Below are positions 40,036 to 48,833 of a DNA stretch of 64,000 bases, piece after piece. The number at the start of each line of letters is the position of its first letter. The stretch's first letter is position 1. The position numbers and the translations under genes were made by a program. The DNA is taken from contig JBEKOM010000001.1 of the NCBI GenBank assembly GCA_049521795.1, forward strand, positions 448,001 to 512,000, written 5' to 3'. The DNA is from Candidatus Bathyarchaeia archaeon (GTDB taxonomy: Archaea > Thermoproteota > Bathyarchaeia > Bathyarchaeales > Bathycorpusculaceae). The notes under the pieces are model-generated. The model made no database searches, was not told where the DNA came from, and worked only from the letters and a program-made list of their open reading frames with translations.

Positions 40036-41361
40036 TTGGGGAAAGCGAAGAACGCTCGGGAAAGTTGGCAGAGTGCGGCCCAAACTCCGGATCTACAGAG
40101 TGGATCAGAGAGAACAAAGCACGGCGCCTGGGTCAATGCTGTTCTTCCCTTTAACGTCGCCTTAGGGCCTGTTGGAACTCTAATTCAGCTTCTCATACTC
40201 AACCTGCACGGAACGGTAATTGATGTTGGCTTAGCTGTCACTCTTTTCAACGCGGTCAGTGTGCCCTCCGCAGTAGTGTGGGGTTTTGTCACAGATCGCT
40301 TCCATAGGAGAAAGACGATAATCGTCGTAAGCTACTTGGTGACAGCTGGGGTTCTGGTTTCGTTTCTTTTTGCAACCACAGGATACGTTGTTTCATTGCT
40401 GTACGCGTTGTTTTCGTTTGTATCGTCCGCTTCAACGACGCCGCTGAATCTTCTCATCATGGAGACGGAGAGCAAGCAGAAGTGGGCGACCGCCTTCGCC
40501 AGGTTCTCCATGATCACGAGCATCGGCAACACTGTGGGGTTGATGCTGAGCGTGGCTTTGGGATTTTTCTTTTCTTTGAATTACCTCGTGCTTCTTTTGG
40601 CTATTCTCACCGTAGTATCTGCGGTTCTTGCTGTGTTGATGATACAGGAGCCCAGCGTGATCTTCGAGCGAAACGTCATCGTGTTGAACAAACCGAGCTT
40701 CTTCCAGCGGCTTCAAGCTGTCCCTTTATTCTTCCTCAGGGTTCCCCGTTTGAGCGATTTCAGAAGAGTTTTCAGGAACCTAAGGTACGAACTTACTCGA
40801 CAGATGCCTATTCTCTACTTCTCAATCTTCATGTTCTACTTCGCGTCGGGACTCTTCAACACTTCAATTGTTGCCTCTCTGCAGGCGAATAGCCTTTCCA
40901 GCTTCCTGATTTTCCTCGTCATGACTATAATGATGCTGGCCCAGATAGTGGCGTTCAAGTATTCGGGACCTTACACTGAAAAGAGGTCGCTGGTGAAAAC
41001 ATCTGTGGAAGGGCTCGTGCTCAGGTCCGCATGTTATGGGGTTCTGGGAGTGTCATTGTACATGATTTCTGGACTGTGGTTTTTGATTCCTGTCTTGATT
41101 TTCTATCCACTCGGGGCAGGTGTTGCCTTCTCGCTGTATTACACTGCGTCCAACACGATGGTGTTCAACACGCTTAGCGGGGCGAGGCAGGGTCAATCCT
41201 TAGGAGTGTACAGTGCACTTGTGGGAATCGCCAGTCTTGTGGGTTCGGCGGTTTCAGGGTTTACGTCTTTTTTCCTCGGCTTCTCCACGACATTCATCCT
41301 AGCTGCTGCGTTCATGGGATCATCCGCATGGCTTGCCTCATTACTGGAGCATTCTAAATAG
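40036..41361 (+). CDS. MFS transporter
   Basis: About 12 TM helices and a WGFVTDRFHRRK motif A. The start codon is uncertain. Confidence 0.88.
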   Translation: MGKAKNARESWQSAAQTPDLQSGSERTKHGAWVNAVLPFNVALGPVGTLIQLLILNLHGTVIDVGLAVTLFNAVSVPSAVVWGFVTDRFHRRKTIIVVSYLVTAGVLVSFLFATTGYVVSLLYALFSFVSSASTTPLNLLIMETESKQKWATAFARFSMITSIGNTVGLMLSVALGFFFSLNYLVLLLAILTVVSAVLAVLMIQEPSVIFERNVIVLNKPSFFQRLQAVPLFFLRVPRLSDFRRVFRNLRYELTRQMPILYFSIFMFYFASGLFNTSIVASLQANSLSSFLIFLVMTIMMLAQIVAFKYSGPYTEKRSLVKTSVEGLVLRSACYGVLGVSLYMISGLWFLIPVLIFYPLGAGVAFSLYYTASNTMVFNTLSGARQGQSLGVYSALVGIASLVGSAVSGFTSFFLGFSTTFILAAAFMGSSAWLASLLEHSK

Positions 41362-41519
41362 CGCGAGCAGAGACAGACAAAGAGAAACAAAAACTCAAAT
41401 TCTAACTACTCTTACCGTTCAGACCACATAAAGACTAAATTCTGCCAGCAGTTCATTCGCGCGCGCTAATTGTAAATTGGAAATCGATTGAAAATGAGCT
41501 TTTTCATCCACCGTAGATT

Positions 41520-41876
41520 CTATTCTTCTGCTTCGTTCTTTTTCATCCGGGCTTTCACAAGCTTCTTTATGAGTGGAACGGGAATTTTTCTGTCCAACTG
41601 AAGGTGGACGGCTGATTTGGTGGTCTCGTAACCCGCTAGAACATTCTTGTGTTCCTCGATAACAGGAGGACGTATGTAGAGTCCAATGTGCGCCTTCTGA
41701 AGACCAAACCAAGCCAGCCGCCCTTTATAATCATAGTAAGGCATTCTGTAACTGATACTTTCGTGGGCAGACGGAGCTGCTTCCCGGATTGCTGCCCGAA
41801 CCTCTCTCAGTTTATCCTGCACTTCTTCGGGAGCTGCCGATATGTACTCATCTACATTCTTCGCCGCTTTATCCAT
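41520..41876 (-). CDS. DUF1801/YdhG-like protein
   Basis: VDEYI...E.ISYRMPYY...HIGLY...IPVPLIKKLVK. Confidence 0.88.
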   Translation of the reverse strand: MDKAAKNVDEYISAAPEEVQDKLREVRAAIREAAPSAHESISYRMPYYDYKGRLAWFGLQKAHIGLYIRPPVIEEHKNVLAGYETTKSAVHLQLDRKIPVPLIKKLVKARMKKNEAEE

Positions 41877-42144
41877 GGTTGAATTACAGGCTTGAAATTA
41901 TTTTAAACCTTTTGAAAAGAAAAGCTAGTCGCGGAGACAATACAAAAGACTCCACAGAATTGATTAGCAGAAAGGAAAAAATAACCACTTCACATGAGCC
42001 CGCTAAATGACAAACAAGTTCTCTTTGACGCGAGAGCACGCAGTTTGGAACTAGTTTTTCCTATGCCTGATGAGTCGACACAGAAAGATTCATACGGGAT
42101 CAGAATCTATAGGTCATGCAAGATTTGTGAGGATGGATGTTTGA

Positions 42145-42507
42145 ATGCCGATTTCGGACACGCGTAAGTGGAAGGTCAACAAGCCTGCCGAGGAAGTACG
42201 GAAGACAGTTGTGAATACTCTGGCCAGTAAGAAGGCGACGCTCTTGGAAGCTAGCACGACAAGGATTGAAGCCAAGATTGGATCAGAAGCGAAAACACGG
42301 TTTCTCGGAGGTATCTTTGTGTCCAAAGAGACGCTTCCTGTGAAGATGACAATGCAGATTAATGAGACAGGGGGAGAATCGGAAATAAACGCGACGATCA
42401 TGGACAATCTAGGGGTCGGACTCAGGACAGGCATGGAGGGCAAGTACAAGGAGTACATACAAAGTCTGTTCAACGAACTAGCCAACGCATTGCAAGTCAA
42501 GAGCTAG
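42145..42507 (+). CDS. Hypothetical protein
   Basis: Clean 120-aa ATG-started ORF with a globular alpha/beta pattern. Confidence 0.6.
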   Translation: MPISDTRKWKVNKPAEEVRKTVVNTLASKKATLLEASTTRIEAKIGSEAKTRFLGGIFVSKETLPVKMTMQINETGGESEINATIMDNLGVGLRTGMEGKYKEYIQSLFNELANALQVKS

Positions 42508-42833
42508 CTGACCCCAATTATTTGGATAAGCTCATCATCGTGTGAGTACGCCTCTTTAGAATCTGCCGGAAGTCATTTGAAGATCTTGAACCCGTCTGTG
42601 TAGGCGTTCTCGTGTCCGCTGGCTTGCTGGAAGTGCCAGACGCGCTTTGAGCATGGCGATTTTCATGTTTACCCAGATGATTTGCAAAATCAGACAATGA
42701 AAAACGAAGTTAGATTAGCGACAAACATTCAACGATTTTGCCTTGGCGCGCGCGAACCAGAAGACAACCTTTCACGTAGTTTCAAAGCAGTAAATCCTAA
42801 TTCTTAAATATCGCTTGAACCTCTAATGAAATT

Positions 42834-43220
42834 ATGGTTAGGAGAAAGCGTGTTCCTTCAGTTAGTAACACTATTTTTGGAACGCCTAAGATAAGAACGG
42901 TAAAGAATCCTCTCAAGGTCGGTTTTCCCAGTCTTTACCCAAGTCAACCTAGAAAGGATTCGAGAAGGTCTTTTTCTTCAACTCAAAGAAAACAGATTCT
43001 ATATCAGCAAGACAATAAGTGTGCAAGGTGCCATAAGAAACTTGACCCTAGAGCGACACATTTTCATCATGCTAAGCCGTGGTCTTCTGGTGGAAGAACA
43101 AAAGTCGAAAACGGAAGAGGATTATGTGCAAGTTGCCATGAAATTCTATCGCATGGAGAACGATTGAAGAAAGTGGATAAGAAAAGAAAGAAAAGAGAGC
43201 CTTCATTGAGTCTATTTTAG
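42834..43220 (+). CDS. HNH endonuclease
   Basis: RRSFS...QDNKCARC...HFHHAKPWSSGGRTKVENGRGLCASCH. Confidence 0.9.
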   Translation: MVRRKRVPSVSNTIFGTPKIRTVKNPLKVGFPSLYPSQPRKDSRRSFSSTQRKQILYQQDNKCARCHKKLDPRATHFHHAKPWSSGGRTKVENGRGLCASCHEILSHGERLKKVDKKRKKREPSLSLF

Positions 43221-43478
43221 TGTTGAAGCATGCCTCAGAATGAACGTTTTTGTTGGTTCATATTTGGATCCAAATATCCATGGTACGTTGAAACCTAGGA
43301 GGGGTAGATCCCTCCCGTCAGGAAGAGAAAGTGCGACTATGGGTTTGCGCTTGGAAGCCGGGGATGGTAGTTGGACCCTAGGGCGCGGGCTAGGGGCCAT
43401 CTGGCACGTTGTGTTCAGGATTCGGACAGCAAATAAGAAATAAAAACAGGAGGATATATAGAACGTGGGGCAACGGGT

Positions 43479-45026
43479 TTGACGGATATCGTTTTGGTTT
43501 TCGAGGTTCATCAGCCTCACAGGATAAAGAAGAGCTTCTACTGGGACAACAAGGTCTTCAAACGCGTGAAGAAGGAAGAACTCTTCGAGTACTACTTCGA
43601 CACGGCAGTGAACAAGGAGATCTTTGACAGGGCCAGCAAGAAGTGTTACTTCCCGTCCAACAACATTCTGCTTGAACTGGTCGACAGGTACAGGAACGAG
43701 AGAAAAAAGGTTAAAGTGTCCTTCAGCGTTTCCGGAGTCTTCTTGGAACAGTGCGAGATGTTCAACAAGGACCTGCTTGAATCGTTCAAACAGCTTGCAC
43801 AAACGGGGCAGGTTGAATTTCTGAGCCAGACCTATTATCATTCGCTTGCTAGCTTGTACCCGGAGAGAGAAGAGTTCATCGAACAGGTGAAGATGCACCA
43901 GCAGATAATGCGAGACCTGCTTGACTACACTCCGCTGGTCTTCGAGAACACAGAACTGCTCTACAACAACGCCGTGGCTCGCACTGTGGAAAAGCTGGGG
44001 TACAAGGGAATCTTCACCGAGGGCGTCGAGAGGATACTGCAGGGAAAGTCGCCGAACTACCTCTACTCGCCGAAGGACAGCAAGAAGATCAAGGTCTTCC
44101 TGCGCAATTACAAGCTGACAGACGACATCGGGTTCAGGTTTTCAGCAAGATGGTGGAACGAGTGGCCGCTGACCGCGGACAAGTACGCGAGTTGGCTGGC
44201 AGGCACACCGGGAAACTGCATCAGCATCTTTCCAGACTACGAAACCTTCGGAGAGCACCACTGGCCAGAAACAGGCATCCACGATTTCCTCAGGCACCTG
44301 CCAACCGAGATTTTGAAGTGGTGGAACCTCCACATGTCCACGCCGTCAGAAGTGGTAGAAAAGTACGCCTCTGCAGGGGAGATCGACGTCCCAGAACTCG
44401 GAGGAACCGTTTCCTGGGCAGACTTAGAGAGGGACGCAAGCTGCTGGCTCGGCAACGCTATGCAGTGGGCCTACTACACGAGCTTAAGACGGTTAGAACC
44501 GCTTGTCAAAGAGGCAGAGGACAAAGATTTCTTAAAGACCTGGAGGTACTTCCAGACAAGCGACCACCTTTACTACATGTTCACAGCTGGCGGAGGCCCA
44601 GGTGAAGTTCACTCCTACTTCAGCCCTTTTGGCACGCCGGCAGACGCCTTCGTCACCATGCAGGCTGCGATACTGGATTTTGAAAACAGAGTAAGACTTG
44701 CAACCGTTGTGGCAGATGAGCCGTTCCTCTTCTACACTGGAACGGGCGAAAGATACTATACAGGAACAATGGCTTGGAGTTTAAGGGGGTTTACGCGAGC
44801 CGTTCAGAAGGTCAGCATGAAGTCGGTTGAATTTCACAGCAAACGCGGGGACTTTGCAAGTTGGGCTGAAAAATCGCTCCAGGATCAAGTGCTGGTAAAG
44901 GAATTCAACGAGATAAAGCTTGCCGAAACGGAGGGGGAACAGCTTAGAAACGGAATAGTCAAGGCTTCGAAAAAGAGGCTGAACGATTTGAGGGCTGAAA
45001 TACAGTCAGATACAAGATACTTCTGA
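43479..45026 (+). CDS. Glycoside hydrolase family 57 (alpha-amylase-like) with a C-terminal DUF5752-like domain
   Basis: FEVHQP, TYYHSL, NTEL (nucleophile), SDD-like TDDIGFRF, DYETFGEH, TSDH. C-terminal PFLFY...EFH..RGDFASW. Confidence 0.93.
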   Translation: MTDIVLVFEVHQPHRIKKSFYWDNKVFKRVKKEELFEYYFDTAVNKEIFDRASKKCYFPSNNILLELVDRYRNERKKVKVSFSVSGVFLEQCEMFNKDLLESFKQLAQTGQVEFLSQTYYHSLASLYPEREEFIEQVKMHQQIMRDLLDYTPLVFENTELLYNNAVARTVEKLGYKGIFTEGVERILQGKSPNYLYSPKDSKKIKVFLRNYKLTDDIGFRFSARWWNEWPLTADKYASWLAGTPGNCISIFPDYETFGEHHWPETGIHDFLRHLPTEILKWWNLHMSTPSEVVEKYASAGEIDVPELGGTVSWADLERDASCWLGNAMQWAYYTSLRRLEPLVKEAEDKDFLKTWRYFQTSDHLYYMFTAGGGPGEVHSYFSPFGTPADAFVTMQAAILDFENRVRLATVVADEPFLFYTGTGERYYTGTMAWSLRGFTRAVQKVSMKSVEFHSKRGDFASWAEKSLQDQVLVKEFNEIKLAETEGEQLRNGIVKASKKRLNDLRAEIQSDTRYF

Positions 45027-45100
45027 CTTGCGCGCACGGTTGGGTTTATAAGAAAAACTCGTGAAGAATACAGGGTCGTAGCTTAACACAAGGTGGAAAC

Positions 45101-45352
45101 ATGCGAGAAGAGCTTCCGCTTTCGGAAAAGATTCTGCAAACGCTGCACAACCTGTGCGCGACCGCGCCCGACTTGGCCAGAAGAAGTGAGGAGCTGGCCC
45201 TGGTCTTGAACATCGACATCAACGAGCTGGAGAGAATTCTGGACGGTTACAAGTCTGAAGGTTTTGCGCAGAGCTTCACGGACAATGAGGGAAAGAAGCG
45301 GTACTACTTGACTGGAAGCGGAATAATCAAAGTGTGCGCGCTTTTCACGTAG
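45101..45352 (+). CDS. Small winged-helix protein
   Basis: SEELALVLNI...LERIL...G...YYLTGSG winged-helix pattern. Confidence 0.7.
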   Translation: MREELPLSEKILQTLHNLCATAPDLARRSEELALVLNIDINELERILDGYKSEGFAQSFTDNEGKKRYYLTGSGIIKVCALFT

Positions 45353-45362
45353 GGAAAGGCTG

Positions 45363-45986
45363 ATGCGCGAAATAATTTTCTCATGGGAATACCCCCCTAG
45401 AATCGTTGGTCAGCTAGCTGCCTACGTGAAATCGCTTGCCGTGCAACTCGTTTCGAGTCACACGGAACCCTATGTTGTCACTTATGACGATTACTTGACA
45501 GGCGAGTATGATGAACCTGAAGGCGTGAAGACTTTCAGAGTGACGAACCCGGTTCGCACGCACATAGGTGTCCTCACGTGGGTTTTAACCTTGAACCAAG
45601 AGGTTGAAAGAGTGGCCGCCAACATTTACTACGAAAAGAGTAAGCAGGTGGACCTCATAGACGTCCATGACTGGCACTTCATACCTGCCGCGGTCACGTT
45701 GAAGAAAGCGCTGAACATCCCTTTTGTGTATTCGGTTGAAAGCCTAGAGGACCATCGTTCTCACGGTTCCAATTCACCCTTCAACATGGCCATTAAGAGC
45801 ATCGAATGGCTCGGCATGTACGAAGCCTCTAGGCTGGTTGTGAAGTCTGAATGGATGCGAAACGAAGCCTTCAGGCTTTACAGAGTGCCCAATGAAAAGA
45901 TGAACGTGATTCCACCGGAGTCCCCAGCTTGGATGAAGGGCATCCTGGCAGTTTACAAGAACACCGCGGAGGCTGGAGCATCTTGA
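45363..45986 (+). CDS. Stand-alone GT4 glycosyltransferase N-terminal domain
   Basis: SWEYPPRIVG and HDW motifs paralogous to the next gene. The nucleotide-sugar-binding domain is missing. Confidence 0.8.
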   Translation: MREIIFSWEYPPRIVGQLAAYVKSLAVQLVSSHTEPYVVTYDDYLTGEYDEPEGVKTFRVTNPVRTHIGVLTWVLTLNQEVERVAANIYYEKSKQVDLIDVHDWHFIPAAVTLKKALNIPFVYSVESLEDHRSHGSNSPFNMAIKSIEWLGMYEASRLVVKSEWMRNEAFRLYRVPNEKMNVIPPESPAWMKGILAVYKNTAEAGAS

Positions 45987-47203
45987 TGGACCGCGACTTA
46001 ACCGTTATGATGCTCACCTGGGAGTTCCCGCCGAGAATCATCGGGGGAATATCTCCGCACGTCTATTACCTTTCAAAAAGCTTGGCGAGAAACGGCGTCA
46101 AGGTCTACGTGGTTACGTGCGATTTTCCCGGCGCGCCACGGCACGAAGTGTTGGACGGTGTAGAAGTCTTTCGAATAGACTCGTACAAGAGCCCGTCACC
46201 CGACTTTGCAACGTGGGTCTACTTGATGAACATGAACATGCAGAAAGAAGCTGCGGCTCTCGCCAAGAGCTTAAAGTTCAAGGTGGACCTGTTTCACGCT
46301 CACGATTGGCTTGTTGCAACCGCAGGGATCGGCCTAAAACACGTGTTCAGACGGCCACTGTTTGCAACTATGCACTCGACTGAAATCGGGCGCAGAAACG
46401 GAATTCACTCGGACTACGAAAGGATGATTCATGAGACAGAAGCCTGGCTCACGTACGAAGCATGGAAGGTCATATGCTGCAGCGACTACATGGTCTCACA
46501 CGTGCGATGGGCCTTCGGGCTGCCCCCAGACAAGATGATGATGATTCCGAACGGCGTCAACACTGACATCTACGCTGCAGTTAAGAAAAACGAGCTAAGC
46601 CAGTTCAGAAGCAGATTCGCTTTGCCCGAAGAAAAAATCGTACTCTTCGTCGGCAGACTAGTCCACGAAAAAGGAGTCCACGTGCTCGTCAACGCAGCTC
46701 CGAAGGTGCTGGAAAAAGTCAACGCGAAAATCATAATCGTCGGCAACGGGTACATGAAAGAGCAGCTTTCGGGAATAGTGAAGGGTATGGGAATAGCCCA
46801 CAAAGTCATGTTCACAGGGTTCGTTGACGATGAAACGCTTCGAGCGCTGCAAACGTGCGCGGACGTTTCCGTTGTGCCGTCTCTTTTTGAACCCTTCGGA
46901 ATAGTTGCGCTCGAGGCCATGGCTGCAAAAAGCCCCGTTGTGGTCTCCGACACAGGCGGCTTAGCAGAAATAGTTAACCACGACGTGGACGGCGTCAAGG
47001 TCTATCCAGGCAACCCTGATTCGCTGGCCTGGGGAATAACCAAAGTTTTGACAGACGAAGCGTACGCGAATAGTCTGAGAAACAACGCGCACAAGAAGAT
47101 CCAGGAAAAGTACAACTGGGACAGAATAGCTCATCAGACCATGAGCGCCTACAAAGCCGTCTTAGGCGAGTATTCAAAGAGCTTCTGGGCTCAGACGAGT
47201 TGA
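45986..47203 (+). CDS. GT4 glycosyltransferase (glycogen/alpha-glucan synthase-like)
   Basis: WEFPPRIIGG, HAHDW, VGRLVHEKG, EPFGIVALEAMA. Confidence 0.92.
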   Translation: MDRDLTVMMLTWEFPPRIIGGISPHVYYLSKSLARNGVKVYVVTCDFPGAPRHEVLDGVEVFRIDSYKSPSPDFATWVYLMNMNMQKEAAALAKSLKFKVDLFHAHDWLVATAGIGLKHVFRRPLFATMHSTEIGRRNGIHSDYERMIHETEAWLTYEAWKVICCSDYMVSHVRWAFGLPPDKMMMIPNGVNTDIYAAVKKNELSQFRSRFALPEEKIVLFVGRLVHEKGVHVLVNAAPKVLEKVNAKIIIVGNGYMKEQLSGIVKGMGIAHKVMFTGFVDDETLRALQTCADVSVVPSLFEPFGIVALEAMAAKSPVVVSDTGGLAEIVNHDVDGVKVYPGNPDSLAWGITKVLTDEAYANSLRNNAHKKIQEKYNWDRIAHQTMSAYKAVLGEYSKSFWAQTS

Positions 47204-47225
47204 CCAGGCATATTCTCAGCATAGG

Positions 47226-48182
47226 TCATGGAAACGTCGGTTTGATGGCCTTGTGTCCGCATGCGTCAGCACATTTCATGCAGTAGATGCATTCAGGATG
47301 GCTGAACTTCTCCCATGGCAGCTCCAGTATCGGTACGCGCGTTGGGCACACTTGGACGCATTCTCCGCAACCGCCTTTCTCGCACTTGAATGGTTCTCGT
47401 CGAAGGCCGATGAAGCTGAACCTGTTCATTATGGCCAAGAAGGCTCCATGCGGGCAGAAGTACCTGCACCAGCTTCTTGGAACGTAGACGGCGAAGATGA
47501 GAACGATGATCATGATTGCGGCTTGAACCCAGAAGAGCGGAGGCAGGATCGAAAGTGTGGACAGAACGTCTGAGCCCAGGTTCGGAAGACCTGAAGAATG
47601 AAAACTCTGGATCGCTCTCGGCACGGTTGAAAACAGCGTGTCTGAAGGGCTCACGGCGGTGAACGGAGCCTGCCCGAAGACGCCGAACGCATATTGGTAA
47701 GAACCCATACCGTTCAAGGCTAACGCGTAAAGAACCGCAGGAATAAGCAGCGCAAGTGCCAGAATGACGTACTTCGCGTAAACCAGGCTCTCGTGCGTTC
47801 TGGCTGACAGGTCAGTCTGCTTGCGACGAATGAAACCCGCCAAGTCTTGAACGAAACCGAAGGGACAAACCCAGCCGCACAGCGCCCTTCCAATCAACAC
47901 ACCGACTATCAGAAACGAGGCCAAAGCGAGCCATGGAAAAACGGCGAACGCAACGTTCCATCCGCTTACCATAAGCTGTATAGTCGTGAAAGCGTCGCCG
48001 ACAGTGGTTCCTCTGAGCCCCCCCGTCCACAAAACTGGAAGCAAAAGCGGAAGCACGCCTAGGTTGAAGATTATCGTGCTAAAGAACAGAAACGAAAACA
48101 GCTGAATTACTCGGCGAGGCGTGTTGTACTCCAGTAGCTTTGCCTTGACTGCTTCGGTCTTCAATCGTCGCGCCTTCTCCAT
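47226..48182 (-). CDS. Membrane 4Fe-4S binding protein (NapH/MauN-like)
   Basis: GRALCGWVCPFG, RSWCRYFCPHGA, two CxxCxxCxxxC-type clusters. Confidence 0.88.
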   Translation of the reverse strand: MEKARRLKTEAVKAKLLEYNTPRRVIQLFSFLFFSTIIFNLGVLPLLLPVLWTGGLRGTTVGDAFTTIQLMVSGWNVAFAVFPWLALASFLIVGVLIGRALCGWVCPFGFVQDLAGFIRRKQTDLSARTHESLVYAKYVILALALLIPAVLYALALNGMGSYQYAFGVFGQAPFTAVSPSDTLFSTVPRAIQSFHSSGLPNLGSDVLSTLSILPPLFWVQAAIMIIVLIFAVYVPRSWCRYFCPHGAFLAIMNRFSFIGLRREPFKCEKGGCGECVQVCPTRVPILELPWEKFSHPECIYCMKCADACGHKAIKPTFP

Positions 48183-48402
48183 GCTCTAGACAAGGTCCGA
48201 GTTATTTGTTTTCCGATGACTTTAAGGCTTTCTGCAAAATGACACTGTCAAGTCTTTTGACCCTATTCGAGCTGACCAAAAGATGGCCTTTAGCCCTAAG
48301 GCAACCAGCAGAATCTTAGGCAATTATGAAGAAGAAAGTTACGTTGGAAAGGACGGACGCAGCACTTGTTCAGAGAAGTGATGATGTGAAAAAGAAATGT
48401 GC

Positions 48403-48750
48403 CTATGCTTCTTTCAAAAGCTGCTTCATCTCACTGACGAAGCATGCTCCTTTCCTAGGTTTCTCCACATGTGACGTCTGGACCAGACCGTAAGTCGACC
48501 AGACGTCCTCAAGAATCTTTCTTTCGATGACGTAGGCCCCGGATTTCAAGAAGTCTTCCAGCCCTTCGGCGAAGAGCTCGAGCTTCTCGCTCACCTCATT
48601 GCGTTTGACCGAGTACCTGCGTTCTAGGTGCTTATAGATCAGATGTGTGGCCTCTCTGCCGAATATCTGAGTCAGGACTCTTTCGATGATTTTTGAGACC
48701 TTGTCGTCCTTCGCGTCGGTTTGCTGCGCTACGGTCTGCATTTGAGTCAC
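48403..48750 (-). CDS. Hypothetical protein (small helical domain common near archaeal signalling genes)
   Basis: VLTQIFGREAT..IY..LE...F.EGLEDFL..GA.VIERKIL pattern. Confidence 0.65.
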   Translation of the reverse strand: MTQMQTVAQQTDAKDDKVSKIIERVLTQIFGREATHLIYKHLERRYSVKRNEVSEKLELFAEGLEDFLKSGAYVIERKILEDVWSTYGLVQTSHVEKPRKGACFVSEMKQLLKEA

Positions 48751-48833
48751 TCGCCATATCTGGTCTCTTGCGACTAAATAAGCCTTCCCGTAGACTTGAA
48801 CGACAGATGTACAGAGAAAGCACGGACAGGAGG

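Larger units (their letters stand above)
26271..43430. mobile_element. Accessory/defence island (patchwork of cassettes and remnants; no integrase seen)
   Basis: Fic, RelE TA, PLD nuclease, EVE remnant, TIR protein, HNH and several pseudogenes. The core at about 32.7-39.5 kb is visibly AT-richer. Flanked by pgk and a GH57 operon. Confidence 0.6.
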
